A stretch of DNA of 43,769 nt from Candidatus Margulisiibacteriota bacterium (GTDB taxonomy: Bacteria > Margulisbacteria > WOR-1 > O2-12-FULL-45-9), in the NCBI GenBank assembly GCA_043816785.1, contig JBDRHP010000004.1, positions 1-43,769 of the forward strand, written 5' to 3'. The notes under the pieces were generated by a model. The model was not told where the DNA came from and searched no databases. It saw only the letters and a program-made list of their open reading frames with translations. This document shows positions 21,086-31,099 of this stretch, one piece after another; the first letter of the stretch is position 1; the number at the start of each line of letters is the position of its first letter. The position numbers were made by a program, and so were the translations under genes.

Positions 21086-22135
21086 TTATTGCAACTGAGA
21101 AATCATATTCATCATGGGCAGGAACATGGAGAAGGCAATGACCCCGACCACCACGCCAACTACTAAAGTCATGGCTGGTTCAAGCAAAGTCATGAACCTT
21201 TTTATACTTAACTCTTTTTCCTTTTCATAAAAACTTGAAACATTAAGCAACATTTCCGCCAATTTACCTGAATCTTCACCAACTGAGATCATCTGGATCG
21301 ACTCTTTGGGAAAGAGCCCCTGCTTCGCCAGACTGTCACTTAATCTTTCCCCGTTTTCTACCGCTTCCTTAATCTCTAAAAGGATCCTGCGAAAAGCTTG
21401 ATTAGTTAGGGAGCCAATGGTCGTTTTTAGGGCCTCAATTATCGGCACCCCACCCTGCAGCAGCGACCCCAGGGTCCTGAAGCTGTTAATTATCTGCTCC
21501 TGGCGAATGGCTTTGATCCTAAGGACCAGCTTATCCGTAGCTAAGGCGCCGCTGCTGGTCTGCCGATAACGTTTAAGCAAAACGACGGCGGCCAGCAGCA
21601 GCAAAATCGGCACGTACCAGACTTTTGACAAGATATCACTAACAGACATGATAATTAAAGTAAAAAGCGGCAGGTCCGCTTCAAAGTCAGCGAATAAGGT
21701 CTTGAAACCCGGCAAAACAAACATGAGCATAACAACAAAAGAAAGCAAACACAGAGCTATCACAAAAGAGGGATAAATAAGCGCGCTTTTTATTTTGGCT
21801 TCCACCTCTGCTCGATCCTCATAATATTGATTTAGCCTGACCAGAACTTCTTCAAGACTGCCTATTCTTTCCGCGCCTCGCAGCGAACTAATAACAAATG
21901 GCGGAAAATGCTGCTCTAAAGCCTCTGCAACTGGCTCACCATCTGAGATCTTTTTAATCATGCTTTCACACTCGATGCGTGGAGACATGTTTTTTATAAT
22001 CTGAAAGGCAGAAAGAAGTGGAACACCGGAGGATAAGAGCATTTGCAGTTGGCCACAGAAGCGGGCTATTTCGCGCTTGTTAAGTTTGTGTGTTCTTTTT
22101 TGAAAAAGAAGCTCTTTCAGCCTAACTTTTATCAT
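21086..22135 (-). CDS. pilC: PilC/GspF-family inner-membrane platform protein
   Basis: QLQMLLSSGVPL, IKSALIYP, VGEDSGKL, LLEP. Confidence 0.88.
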   Translation of the reverse strand: MIKVRLKELLFQKRTHKLNKREIARFCGQLQMLLSSGVPLLSAFQIIKNMSPRIECESMIKKISDGEPVAEALEQHFPPFVISSLRGAERIGSLEEVLVRLNQYYEDRAEVEAKIKSALIYPSFVIALCLLSFVVMLMFVLPGFKTLFADFEADLPLFTLIIMSVSDILSKVWYVPILLLLAAVVLLKRYRQTSSGALATDKLVLRIKAIRQEQIINSFRTLGSLLQGGVPIIEALKTTIGSLTNQAFRRILLEIKEAVENGERLSDSLAKQGLFPKESIQMISVGEDSGKLAEMLLNVSSFYEKEKELSIKRFMTLLEPAMTLVVGVVVGVIAFSMFLPMMNMISQLQ

Positions 22136-22680
22136 AATGACTCAACTACCATCTTCTGAAGCAATTTAATCATTTCATGAATAATCTTTTTGATTTTTCC
22201 AATTTCTTTTGTTTTGACCTTGTCTTTTTGGAAAAGATGCATTATGGCTCGGGAATGGGTGGATAGTTTATTTAAGACATTGGGACTTCTGGTAACAATT
22301 CTCTTCTTTTTGCTCAAGACCTCTTCCAGGACAGAAAAAGCTCTCATTATTTGGATGGAACGTTGGATAGCAATTGGACTTTTAAGGATTGCACAGACCA
22401 TATTGGCGCCATTTCGCGTAAAAGCATACGGCAGATAACGACGACCACCCCAACTTGAGGTCGCAAATTGCGACCTCAAAAATTCAAACTCATTATCAGT
22501 TAATTGGAAAATAAAATCCGAAGGGAATCTTTCCTGGTTCCTTTTAACTTGTTCAATAAGCCTCTTTGTAGGTACGCTATAAAGTTTCGCTAAATCTTTA
22601 TCTAATATAACTCTATGTCCCCTTAATTCAATAATCATTGTTTGAATTTCAGAAACACCAACTAAAGTACTTTTTGCCAT
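22132..22680 (-). CDS. ORF6N-domain DNA-binding protein
   Basis: RGHRVILDKDLAKLY, VKRNQERFPSDFIFQLT, RSQFATSS, GGRRYLPYAFT; start moved to ATG 22680 behind AGGAGG. Confidence 0.88.
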   Translation of the reverse strand: MAKSTLVGVSEIQTMIIELRGHRVILDKDLAKLYSVPTKRLIEQVKRNQERFPSDFIFQLTDNEFEFLRSQFATSSWGGRRYLPYAFTRNGANMVCAILKSPIAIQRSIQIMRAFSVLEEVLSKKKRIVTRSPNVLNKLSTHSRAIMHLFQKDKVKTKEIGKIKKIIHEMIKLLQKMVVESL

Positions 22681-22695
22681 ATTTACCCTCCTTGC

Positions 22696-22712
22696 TATCA
22701 CATTTTGTGATA
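22696..22712. promoter_or_regulatory. Operator-like palindrome TATCACA-N3-TGTGATA
   Basis: Perfect 7-bp inverted repeat at the expected +1 of the sigma54 promoter. Confidence 0.6.
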
Positions 22713-22722
22713 CCATAAAGCA

Positions 22723-22737
22723 GCAACTTTATTGCCA
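22723..22737 (-). promoter_or_regulatory. sigma54 -24/-12 promoter
   Basis: Minus strand TGGC-AATAAAG-TTGC. Confidence 0.78.
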
Positions 22738-22777
22738 GCCTAAAAAGGAGGTTTTACGAAGGGAGCCAGTCAAGGAG

Positions 22778-22793
22778 TGTCGTAATCTCGACA
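22778..22793. promoter_or_regulatory. Putative enhancer (UAS) palindrome
   Basis: TGTCGTAATCTCGACA, 15 of 16 identical to 8883-8898. Confidence 0.7.
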
Positions 22794-22794
22794 G

Positions 22795-24321
22795 TTACTT
22801 CTGGATGCGCGGAAAAAGAGGCTCGCCTTTAGCAACTTTGACGCCAGCAACCTCGGTCTTTTGGGAAAGCGGACCTTGCAGCCCCAGCTGCTGCCACATT
22901 TTTCCTGCAGTTTCCGGCATAAAAGGCGAAAGCAAAACCGCAGTCTCTTTCAAAACCAGACTTAATACATACATCACAGACTCAAGTTCCTTAGCTTTGC
23001 TTTCTTTGGCCAGCTTCCAGGGAGCATTTGTTTCGATATATTTGTTGGCCGGCTTAACAAGTTTCTCCCAGATGTTGTCCAAAGCTTTTGAAAAAGCCAA
23101 ATTATTCATATTTTGGTCAACCAAGCCTGACGCTCCACCCTCTGCTGCCCCTACCAGTTGATCTTTTGCTCCGTCAAGCTTATCCGGCCGTTCGGGGATT
23201 TGGCCTTTAAAATATTTTTCAATCATATTCAACGTTCGATTCAATAAATTCCCCAGATCATTCGCCAGATCAGCATTATAACGTTTTATAAAAGACTGCA
23301 TTGAGAAATTGCCGTCATCGCCAAAAGCAACTTCTCTCATCAAAAAATACCTGACCGCGTCTACTCCGAACTCCGAACTCAAGGCTAAAGGATCAACCAC
23401 GTTCCCCTTGGACTTGCTCATCTTCTTGCCTTCCACCGTCCACCAGCCATGGCCAAAGACCTTTTTCGGCAATTTGACCCCCAAAGCCATCAGCATACAG
23501 GGCCAGGTTACCGCGTGAAAGCGAACGATCTCTTTGCCCATTAAGTGGACATCAGCCGGCCAGAATTTTTTGAATAATTTCCCGTCATTAAGATAATCAA
23601 GGGCGGAAATATAATTGATCAAGGCATCGAACCAAACGTAAACCACGTGTTTGGGATCATCAGGCACTCCAATTCCCCAGGGAAAAGCAGTGCGAGTGAT
23701 GGAAAGGTCCTTTAAACCCTGTTTAATGAATTGTACGATCTCATTCTTGCGGGATATTGGTTGGATAAAATCAGGATTAGCCTCAATATGTTTCAATAAA
23801 TCTTTTTCGTATTTAGAAAGCTTAAAGAAATAACTTTCTTCTTTTAAGACTTCTGTTTCCCGGCCGCAATCAGGACAAAGCAGGCGGCCGTCAACATCTT
23901 CTTTGAGTTCTCCTTCTGACCAAAAAGACTCACAGGGAACACAATACCAGCCTTCATATTCACCTTTGTAAACATCTCCCTGCTGCAATAACTTATGAAA
24001 GACCTTTTGCACCACAGTTTCATGCCTTTTCTCTGAGGTGCGGATGAAATCATCATGTGAGATCCCTAAAGTCTTCCAGGCAGCCTTAAACCCCTCTGCC
24101 ATGCGATCAACAAATTTCTGGGTGTCTTCCTTCTTTTCCTGCGCCGCGTGCCAGATCTTCTGGCCATGCTCGTCGGTCCCAGTTAAGAAATGGACATCAA
24201 AGCCCATCATCCTTTTATAGCGAGCCAGCACGTCCGCAGCCACGGTTGTATAAGCGTGGCCGATGTGGGGAACGTCGTTAACATAATAAAGAGGCGTTGT
24301 TAGATAAAATTTTTCAGCCAT
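22795..24321 (-). CDS. metG: Methionine--tRNA ligase (short form, no C-terminal tRNA-binding domain)
   Basis: PHIGH, TGTDEHG, CVPC..CPDC, YVWFDAL, KMSKS. Confidence 0.97.
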   Translation of the reverse strand: MAEKFYLTTPLYYVNDVPHIGHAYTTVAADVLARYKRMMGFDVHFLTGTDEHGQKIWHAAQEKKEDTQKFVDRMAEGFKAAWKTLGISHDDFIRTSEKRHETVVQKVFHKLLQQGDVYKGEYEGWYCVPCESFWSEGELKEDVDGRLLCPDCGRETEVLKEESYFFKLSKYEKDLLKHIEANPDFIQPISRKNEIVQFIKQGLKDLSITRTAFPWGIGVPDDPKHVVYVWFDALINYISALDYLNDGKLFKKFWPADVHLMGKEIVRFHAVTWPCMLMALGVKLPKKVFGHGWWTVEGKKMSKSKGNVVDPLALSSEFGVDAVRYFLMREVAFGDDGNFSMQSFIKRYNADLANDLGNLLNRTLNMIEKYFKGQIPERPDKLDGAKDQLVGAAEGGASGLVDQNMNNLAFSKALDNIWEKLVKPANKYIETNAPWKLAKESKAKELESVMYVLSLVLKETAVLLSPFMPETAGKMWQQLGLQGPLSQKTEVAGVKVAKGEPLFPRIQK

Positions 24322-25551
24322 TTAATTGCCACCATTATCATCAATCGGAAATAATATTCTAAAATGACCCACCTTATCCAAAGCAGAATTTGCCCAGCCG
24401 GGCAAAGGGAAATTGCGCTCCAATTCAAAAACCGGCATGGGCTGCCACTCTTCACTGCCATCATATTTAACTTCAACCAAGAAACGGCCTAACAGCTTTT
24501 CTTCCCAATCAGCAGACTCCAGATCAGTCGGCTGGTAAACCGGCTGGATAAAGAATTTAAAAAATGGCGCGACCCCTTCCAGGGACGGGTCCTCAACATC
24601 AACCGGGCCAATGACCATCCACTGGGTCATTTTTTTAACATACTCCATGTCCTGACCATGCAGGGCCGGCACGATCTGAAACCCGCCCAGGCTGTTAAGC
24701 GGTGAAACTGAAACATCAATTACTCCAGCGTGATTAGCCCGGATCCTCCCAGGATCCGCATACAGGCTGCCCTCAAACCTGCCCACCCCGGAAACCGGGC
24801 GTAAGACTTCTCCCACCACTTTCTTCTCTCCAGATAAATACTCAAGACTGATCCGGCCGCCAAAGCGGTTCTCAAAAACAATTTCCCGGGGATATTCGAG
24901 CGGTCGATCAACCAAGATATATAATGTGTCGTCTACTTTAGGGGTATAGTCTTGAGGCAGTGAGATCACAGGCTGGGCATTAGAGGAAAGCATCACCAGA
25001 TTGCCAACAAAAGGTGAAAAACCACCGCCAAAAATTGCTTGACCAGCAGGAATACTGGTGTAGATCGAAGAGTCAGGGCTCAAAAATGATCGATATTTGC
25101 CCGGAGGCTTAAGAAATTCTTTGGGTAAGAGAGAAAAAATCGTCCGTTCCTTATCAAGCGCTCCAGTTTTTATATGAATAGCATTGACCGCTGTTGCCGA
25201 GACCCTGCCTGGCGCCACCCATTTTGCCGCCGCATACCCGTGCTTGCTTACCTTGGTAGTTGGATATAAGACTTGGCCAACAGGTGCCCAGCTTTGCCCC
25301 TCATCTTCGCTAACCTCTATCGTTCCCCCAATTTTATTCTCGAGCCTGATGCGGTAAACTTCTTCAAACAGCGGCGGATTTTCATTGCGTACAGGCGGGG
25401 AAATACCACGCTCCAGCGTTGTTGCAAATGACCAAGATACAAGAAACAATAACCAAACAAGAACCAAGAAACAAATTCCAATAACCAATTTTGGGATTTG
25501 AATTTTGGTGTTTGAAATTTGTTTGTATCTTGTAGCTTGGTTATTGGTCAT
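24322..25551 (-). CDS. Hypothetical exported protein with internal duplication
   Basis: 409 aa, hydrophobic N-terminal stretch ending SFA; two EN..GG.I...VG.VL.P units. Confidence 0.8.
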   Translation of the reverse strand: MTNNQATRYKQISNTKIQIPKLVIGICFLVLVWLLFLVSWSFATTLERGISPPVRNENPPLFEEVYRIRLENKIGGTIEVSEDEGQSWAPVGQVLYPTTKVSKHGYAAAKWVAPGRVSATAVNAIHIKTGALDKERTIFSLLPKEFLKPPGKYRSFLSPDSSIYTSIPAGQAIFGGGFSPFVGNLVMLSSNAQPVISLPQDYTPKVDDTLYILVDRPLEYPREIVFENRFGGRISLEYLSGEKKVVGEVLRPVSGVGRFEGSLYADPGRIRANHAGVIDVSVSPLNSLGGFQIVPALHGQDMEYVKKMTQWMVIGPVDVEDPSLEGVAPFFKFFIQPVYQPTDLESADWEEKLLGRFLVEVKYDGSEEWQPMPVFELERNFPLPGWANSALDKVGHFRILFPIDDNGGN

Positions 25552-25553
25552 TT
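25426..25553. mobile_element. MITE-like imperfect palindrome of ~7-nt units with 10-bp terminal inverted repeats
   Basis: AAATGACCAA ... TTGGTCATTT; arms of AACCAAG/ATACAAG/AAACAAT-type units and their complements. Confidence 0.6.
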
Positions 25554-25558
25554 TTCGA

Positions 25559-27037
25559 TCATGACTTCAACAATTCAACAATCGTCCTCACCATGACCCC
25601 AGTCGCCCCATCAGAAAGATAGCCTCGCCTCTTGTCCAGAAAAGCCGTGCCCGCGATATCAATATGCGCCCAGGATGTGTCTTCAGCAAACAGCTGCAAA
25701 AACAAACCGCCGATCGACGGGCCGGCTTTTCCCTGCCCTGACGTATTCCTAATATCTGCGATCTTGCTTTTTGAATACTCTTTATATTCTTCAAACAACG
25801 GCAGCTGCCAAAGCTTTTCCCCGCTCCGCTTGCCCGCGGCAACAAGCTGGTCAACTAATTCCTGATTGTTCCCCATAATGCCAGAAGCCGCGTCTCCCAG
25901 AGCTGAGATACAGGCGCCAGTCAGGGTCGCCACATCAATTATCTTCTTAACCTTTAGTCTGTTGGCATAAGCAATGCCGTCCGCTAAAACCATCCTGCCT
26001 TCAGCGTCAGTAGAAATGATCTCGATTGTTTTGCCGGCCAGAGAACCAACCACGTCCCCGGGTTTTTGCGCTTCGCCATCCGGCATATTTTCCGCGCAAG
26101 GCAATATGCCCACCACATTTTTTCTGGCCTTTAACTTCGAGATTGCCCGCATGGTTTCCAGCACAGCCGCGGCTCCAGCCATATCGATCTTCATTTCCCA
26201 AAGATTTCTCGAAGGTTTTAAGGAAATGCCTCCGGCATCAAAAGTAATGCCCTTGCCGATCAAGGCGATCTCTGGTTTTCCCTGACCATATTTAATAATA
26301 ATAAATTTTGCCGGCTCTTTTGAGCCCTTGGAAACTGAATAGTAGGCTTCCATGCCAAGTTTTCTCGCCTCTGCCAGGCCGATCACCTTAACAGAAACAC
26401 CGGGAATCTTCTTGGCCCGGGCAGCCAGGTAAGACGGCGTAACCCGGTTGGCAGGCGCGTTGACCAGGTCGCGGGCATTGTTAACAGATTCACTGATGAT
26501 CTCGCCGATTTTGATCCCGGCTTTGATCTGTTTGATCTTGCGCTTATCCAGTTCAACAAGGCTCAATTCCTCTAGCGCAAAAAAGGAATCATCTTTTTCA
26601 GTGACAAAACCCCGATATTTATAAGCCCCTATCAGGCTCCCTTCAACCAGGGCCTGGGCCGCTTCATTGACCGCTAAGCCGCCAACACCTGCTCCATGGA
26701 TAATGGTCGCCACTTTTTTGGCCTTGATCCTCTTGGCCTCAGCTACGGCCGCCGCGGCCGCCACCCTGACTTTATCCAATTCGAATTCCGAACTCTTACC
26801 CAGGCCAACGACCAAAACTTGAGTGGCCGGGATCTTACCCTGGCAATGGATCAGGTTAACCTCACCCAGTTTCCCCCGGATCTCGCCACTCTTAATTAAA
26901 TTAACTATCGCGCTGTTTAGTTTCTTGTCCACTGCCGCCGTGGCCCCACCCGGCTTCTTTACCTCCTCAAAGGTGTTAACCACCAGCAGATCACATTTGA
27001 AATTTACTATTGAACCGGCATTTGATTTTATTTTCAC
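25559..27037 (-). CDS. pepA: Leucyl aminopeptidase (M17)
   Basis: GKGITFDAGG, MKIDMAG, STDAEGR, DVATLTG, WAHIDIAG. Confidence 0.96.
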   Translation of the reverse strand: MKIKSNAGSIVNFKCDLLVVNTFEEVKKPGGATAAVDKKLNSAIVNLIKSGEIRGKLGEVNLIHCQGKIPATQVLVVGLGKSSEFELDKVRVAAAAAVAEAKRIKAKKVATIIHGAGVGGLAVNEAAQALVEGSLIGAYKYRGFVTEKDDSFFALEELSLVELDKRKIKQIKAGIKIGEIISESVNNARDLVNAPANRVTPSYLAARAKKIPGVSVKVIGLAEARKLGMEAYYSVSKGSKEPAKFIIIKYGQGKPEIALIGKGITFDAGGISLKPSRNLWEMKIDMAGAAAVLETMRAISKLKARKNVVGILPCAENMPDGEAQKPGDVVGSLAGKTIEIISTDAEGRMVLADGIAYANRLKVKKIIDVATLTGACISALGDAASGIMGNNQELVDQLVAAGKRSGEKLWQLPLFEEYKEYSKSKIADIRNTSGQGKAGPSIGGLFLQLFAEDTSWAHIDIAGTAFLDKRRGYLSDGATGVMVRTIVELLKS

Positions 27038-27039
27038 GT

Positions 27040-27471
27040 TTAATCTTCTCCTTTGAAAAAAATGGGGATCTCTCTTTTTGCCGAGGCTGGGCTGTCTGAA
27101 CCATGGACCAGATTTTTGATGATCCCATCCGGGTTAAGGACATTTGCTTCCTTTAAATCACCGCGAATGGTCCCGGGCAAAGCCTTTCGGGGATCGGTCG
27201 CCCCCATCAGTTCGCGTAAACGGCCAATCGCGTCCTCACCCTCGACCACACAGCAGGTCACCGGACCAGAGGTAATAAACTTGACCAGACCGGGATAAAA
27301 ACGTTTTCCTAAATGCGGGGAATAAAGATCAGCAGCCAGCTCTTTGGTCATGGTCAGCTCTTTTTGCCTAATAAGCTTAAGGCCCGCTTTTTTTACTCTG
27401 ACCAAGACCTCATCTGCCAGCCCGCGGGAAACCCCATCAGGCTTTATCATGAAGAAGGTTTTTTCTAGCAC
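27040..27471 (-). CDS. ndk: Nucleoside diphosphate kinase
   Basis: IKPDGV, PGTIRGD, NLVHGSDS. Confidence 0.97.
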   Translation of the reverse strand: MLEKTFFMIKPDGVSRGLADEVLVRVKKAGLKLIRQKELTMTKELAADLYSPHLGKRFYPGLVKFITSGPVTCCVVEGEDAIGRLRELMGATDPRKALPGTIRGDLKEANVLNPDGIIKNLVHGSDSPASAKREIPIFFKGED

Positions 27472-28849
27472 GTTTGATCGCTTCCTTTACCCGGCTCGGC
27501 GCGGTACCGCCAGGCACATCTTTGCCAGCGACCGAGCTTTCTGCTGAAAGTATGCGTGTCGCGTCGTAACCAAAGTCCTTGGAAAATTCCTTAAGTTGCT
27601 TCAAAGAGAGATACTCCAGCTCCATATTGGATTCTTCGCAATAAGCAACGATCTTACCCACGATCTTATGGGCTTCACGGAAAGGCACGTCATGGCGCAC
27701 CAGATAATACGCCAGGTCTGTGGCAGTTAAATAGCCTTTTTTGGCTGACCGGATCATCTGGTCAGCATTGATCTTGGTGCTAATGATCAGCTGCTCAAAA
27801 ATAGCCAGAACAGACCTGACCGTGTCGATTGAATCAAAGATCGCTTCTTTATCCTCCTGCATGTCGCGATTATATGCCAGGGGAAGCCCTTTCATTATGG
27901 TCAGCAAAGTTAACAGATTTCCGTAGACCCGCCCGGTCTTGCCCCGCACCAGTTCGGCAATATCAGGGTTTTTCTTCTGCGGCATAATTGAAGAGCCAGT
28001 GGCAAACTGATCAGAGAATTTTATATAATCGAATTCCCAGCTTGACCAGATGATCAGCTCCTCAGAAAATCTGGACAGATGCATCATCAAGCTGGCGCAG
28101 GCCGCGGCAAAATCAATCACAAAATCCCGGTCAGAAACCGCATCCATGCTGTTGGCGGAAATCTTGGAAAAACCCAGCTCAGTTGCCAGCCCCTGGCGAT
28201 CGATCTTAAAATTAGTCCCAGCCAAAGCCGCCGAGCCCAGCGGCAGGACGTCAGCTTCTTCCCCAGCGCTTAGAAAGCGTTTTTTATCGCGCTCCAGCAT
28301 CTCAAAATAAGCCAAAAGATGATGGGACAAAAGCACGGGTTGGGCGCGCTGCAAATGCGTGTAGCCGGGCATGATCACTTTGATATTGCTTTCCGCCTGG
28401 TCCAGCAAGGCAGTTTGCAGTTTCCTGATCAACATAATGACCTCGGTTACCTCATATTTCAGGTACATCCTGAGATCAGTTGAAACCTGGTCATTGCGCG
28501 AGCGGCCGGAATGAAGCTTTTTGCCAACGTCACCGGTCTTTTCGATCAGCAGCGCCTCAACATTCATGTGCAGGTCTTCCAGCTGGAAATCCAATTTGAT
28601 CTTACCTGTTTCAATCCCTTTTAAGATCACTTCCAGCGCCTTAATAATTTTCTTGCATTCCGCCCCAGTCAAGATCTTGGCTTTCAAGAGCGCCCGGGCA
28701 TAGGCTATGCTCTGAACAATGTCCTGCTTATAAAGCCGCACATCGTAATTCACTGAGCTGGTAAATTCTTCAGCAGATTTAGCCATGGCCTGCTGAAACC
28801 TGCCTGACCAGGCTTTTTTAGATTTTCCGGAGACTCGTTTCGCTGCCAT
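27437..28849 (-). CDS. argH: Argininosuccinate lyase
   Basis: HSGRSRNDQ, PGYTHLQRAQP, GSSIMPQKKNPD. Confidence 0.98.
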   Translation of the reverse strand: MAAKRVSGKSKKAWSGRFQQAMAKSAEEFTSSVNYDVRLYKQDIVQSIAYARALLKAKILTGAECKKIIKALEVILKGIETGKIKLDFQLEDLHMNVEALLIEKTGDVGKKLHSGRSRNDQVSTDLRMYLKYEVTEVIMLIRKLQTALLDQAESNIKVIMPGYTHLQRAQPVLLSHHLLAYFEMLERDKKRFLSAGEEADVLPLGSAALAGTNFKIDRQGLATELGFSKISANSMDAVSDRDFVIDFAAACASLMMHLSRFSEELIIWSSWEFDYIKFSDQFATGSSIMPQKKNPDIAELVRGKTGRVYGNLLTLLTIMKGLPLAYNRDMQEDKEAIFDSIDTVRSVLAIFEQLIISTKINADQMIRSAKKGYLTATDLAYYLVRHDVPFREAHKIVGKIVAYCEESNMELEYLSLKQLKEFSKDFGYDATRILSAESSVAGKDVPGGTAPSRVKEAIKRARKNLLHDKA

Positions 28850-28867
28850 TATTATCCTCCCCTAAAC

Positions 28868-28920
28868 GTAGGGACAGGGCTTGTCCCTGTCCGCCGGACA
28901 ACCATAAAGGTTGTCCCTAC
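28868..28920. repeat. GTAG-family REP doublet
   Basis: GTAG-GGACAGGG CTTGT CCCTGTCC-gcc-GGACAACC ATAAA GGTTGTCC-CTAC. Confidence 0.8.
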
Positions 28921-30113
28921 ATTTTTTTTAATTTCGCCCTGACCTTGATCGGTAAACCAAACAAATTGATAAAGCCCTCTGCATCTTTTTGATTATAAAC
29001 TTCTTCTTTTTCAAATGTCGCCAGATCCGGCCGGTACAAGGAGTTAACGGATTTCCGGCCAACCACCAGACAAGTCCCTTTAAATAATTTGAGCCGCACA
29101 GTGCCGCTGACCGGCTCCTGGGTCTTGGCAATAAATGCATCCAGCGCTTCTTTCAGCGGAGAATACCATTGGCCATTATAGACCAATTCCGCGTAGCGTT
29201 GAGCAACCAATTGTTTATAATGCAAAGTATCCCGGTCCAGGGCGATAGATTCCAAGGCCTGGTGAGCCGCATAAAGGATCGTGCCGCCCGGTGTTTCATA
29301 AACCCCGCGCGACTTAATCCCGACCAAGCGATTTTCCACAATATCAACCCGACCAATGCCATGCTGGCCGCCAAGCTTGTTCACCTGCTTGATCAGTTCA
29401 ACCGGGCTCAGCTTCTTACCGTTAACCGCCGTTGGCCGACCTTGGTCAAAGTCGATCTCAACATAGGCTGGCTTATTCGGCGCTTTATCCGGAGAAACCG
29501 TCAGGATGAACATATCATCTTTAGGCTCAAACCAGGGATCTTCCAACACCCCACCCTCGTAACTAATGTGCCAGAGGTTGCGGTCTGAAGAATAGGGCTT
29601 AGCCTTGGTAACTGGAACAGGGATGTTGCGTTTTTTAGCGTAGGCGATCTCTTCTTCCCGGCCTTTGATATCCCATTCCCGCCAAGGAGCCACGATCGTA
29701 ATATCAGGCGCCAGGGCCTTATAGGTTAGCTCAAAACGCACCTGATCATTGCCCTTGCCTGTTGCGCCATGGCCCACGGCATCAGCTTTTTCCTTTTTTG
29801 CGATCTCGATCTGCTTTTTAGCGATCAAGGGCCGAGCCACCGAAGTCCCCAGCAAATACTGGCCTTCATAGATAGCCCCGGACATAAGCATTGGGAAGAG
29901 GAAATCTTCAGCAAATTCTTTTTGCAGGTCCTCAATATAAATCTTGGAGGCCCCGGTCTTTAGGGCTTTTTCTTTTAAGCCGGTCAGTTCTTCTTCCTGC
30001 CCCAGATCCGCGGCAAAAGCAATGACCTCACAGCCGTATTTTTCCTTGATCCAGGGGATCATGACCGAAGTATCCAGTCCTCCGGAATAGGCCAGGACGA
30101 TTTTTTTGACCAT
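28917..30113 (-). CDS. argG: Argininosuccinate synthase
   Basis: [32 protein letters not shown]. Confidence 0.98.
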   Translation of the reverse strand: MVKKIVLAYSGGLDTSVMIPWIKEKYGCEVIAFAADLGQEEELTGLKEKALKTGASKIYIEDLQKEFAEDFLFPMLMSGAIYEGQYLLGTSVARPLIAKKQIEIAKKEKADAVGHGATGKGNDQVRFELTYKALAPDITIVAPWREWDIKGREEEIAYAKKRNIPVPVTKAKPYSSDRNLWHISYEGGVLEDPWFEPKDDMFILTVSPDKAPNKPAYVEIDFDQGRPTAVNGKKLSPVELIKQVNKLGGQHGIGRVDIVENRLVGIKSRGVYETPGGTILYAAHQALESIALDRDTLHYKQLVAQRYAELVYNGQWYSPLKEALDAFIAKTQEPVSGTVRLKLFKGTCLVVGRKSVNSLYRPDLATFEKEEVYNQKDAEGFINLFGLPIKVRAKLKKM

Positions 30114-31051
30114 TAGACTCCTCCTAAGAGTAAGGTTAAGATCGCCTTCTGCACATGCAGGCGGTTTTCCGCTTGATCAAAAACAACTGAATTTGGGCCG
30201 TCGATCACTTCGGCCGTGATCTCTTCTCCCCGATGAGCCGGCAAACAATGCATGACCATCACGTCTTTTTTAGCCAGGTCAACCAGCTGCTGATTTACCT
30301 GAAATTTAGCAAAGATTTTTTTACGTTTTTTGCTTTCTTTTTCCTGGCCCATCGAAGCCCAAACATCTGTATAGATCACATCAGCGTCCTTAACCGCGCT
30401 GACCGGATCGTTTAAAATATCGATCTCAATCCCGGCCTTTTTACCGTCCGCAAAGGCCAATTCAACAATCTCTTCTTTGGGTTCATAGCCCTTAGGTGCC
30501 GCGATCGTCAGGTTCATCCCAACCTTGGCAGCGGCAAACATCAGAGAATGACAAACGTTATTGCCATCGCCGATATAAGCGAACTTCAAGCCTTTTAAGC
30601 TCCCCTTTTTCTCGCGCACCGTGAAAAAGTCCGCCAGGGCCTGACAAGGATGAAGCAGATCAGACAGGGCATTGATGATCGGAACTGAAGCCTGCTGGGC
30701 TAATTCTAAAACCTTGGCATGTTCAAAGGTCCGGATGAGGATCGCATCTGCGTAACGAGACAGGGTCTTGGCCACATCACCAACTGTTTCTCGCACTCCC
30801 AGGCCGATCGCTTCCTGGTCCAGATTGACTGCTAAACCTCCCAGCTGCCACATGCCAATCTCAAAGGAAACGCGAGTCCGGGTGCTGGGCTTTTCAAAGA
30901 TCATAGCCAGGGATTTAGCCCAGAGATACTCGTGTTTTTCCCCTTGCTGCTGTTTTTTCTTAAGCTCGGCGGCGAGATCAAATATCTCCGCTACCTCGGC
31001 AGCAGACAAATCATGGATTGTAATAAAATCTTTCTTAGAAAGTTTGCTCAT
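30113..31051 (-). CDS. argF: Ornithine carbamoyltransferase
   Basis: [24 protein letters not shown]; start moved to ATG 31051. Confidence 0.97.
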   Translation of the reverse strand: MSKLSKKDFITIHDLSAAEVAEIFDLAAELKKKQQQGEKHEYLWAKSLAMIFEKPSTRTRVSFEIGMWQLGGLAVNLDQEAIGLGVRETVGDVAKTLSRYADAILIRTFEHAKVLELAQQASVPIINALSDLLHPCQALADFFTVREKKGSLKGLKFAYIGDGNNVCHSLMFAAAKVGMNLTIAAPKGYEPKEEIVELAFADGKKAGIEIDILNDPVSAVKDADVIYTDVWASMGQEKESKKRKKIFAKFQVNQQLVDLAKKDVMVMHCLPAHRGEEITAEVIDGPNSVVFDQAENRLHVQKAILTLLLGGV

Positions 31052-31060
31052 GGAGGAAAT

Positions 31061-31089
31061 AATATAGCATATCAAAGGAAAAAAGACAA
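31061..31089 (-). promoter_or_regulatory. sigma70 promoter of argFGH
   Basis: TTGTCT-N17-TATATT with TG extension, 9 nt before ATG. Confidence 0.5.
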
Positions 31090-31099
31090 ACCCCAATCT

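Noticed and set aside
22681..22716. Longer ORF6N start MVSQNVIARRVN
   Set aside because: Overlaps the predicted transcription start and operator; the AGGAGG RBS supports ATG 22680
25426..25553. CRISPR array here or at the other repeat tracts
   Set aside because: No constant repeats separated by unique spacers; no cas genes in the window
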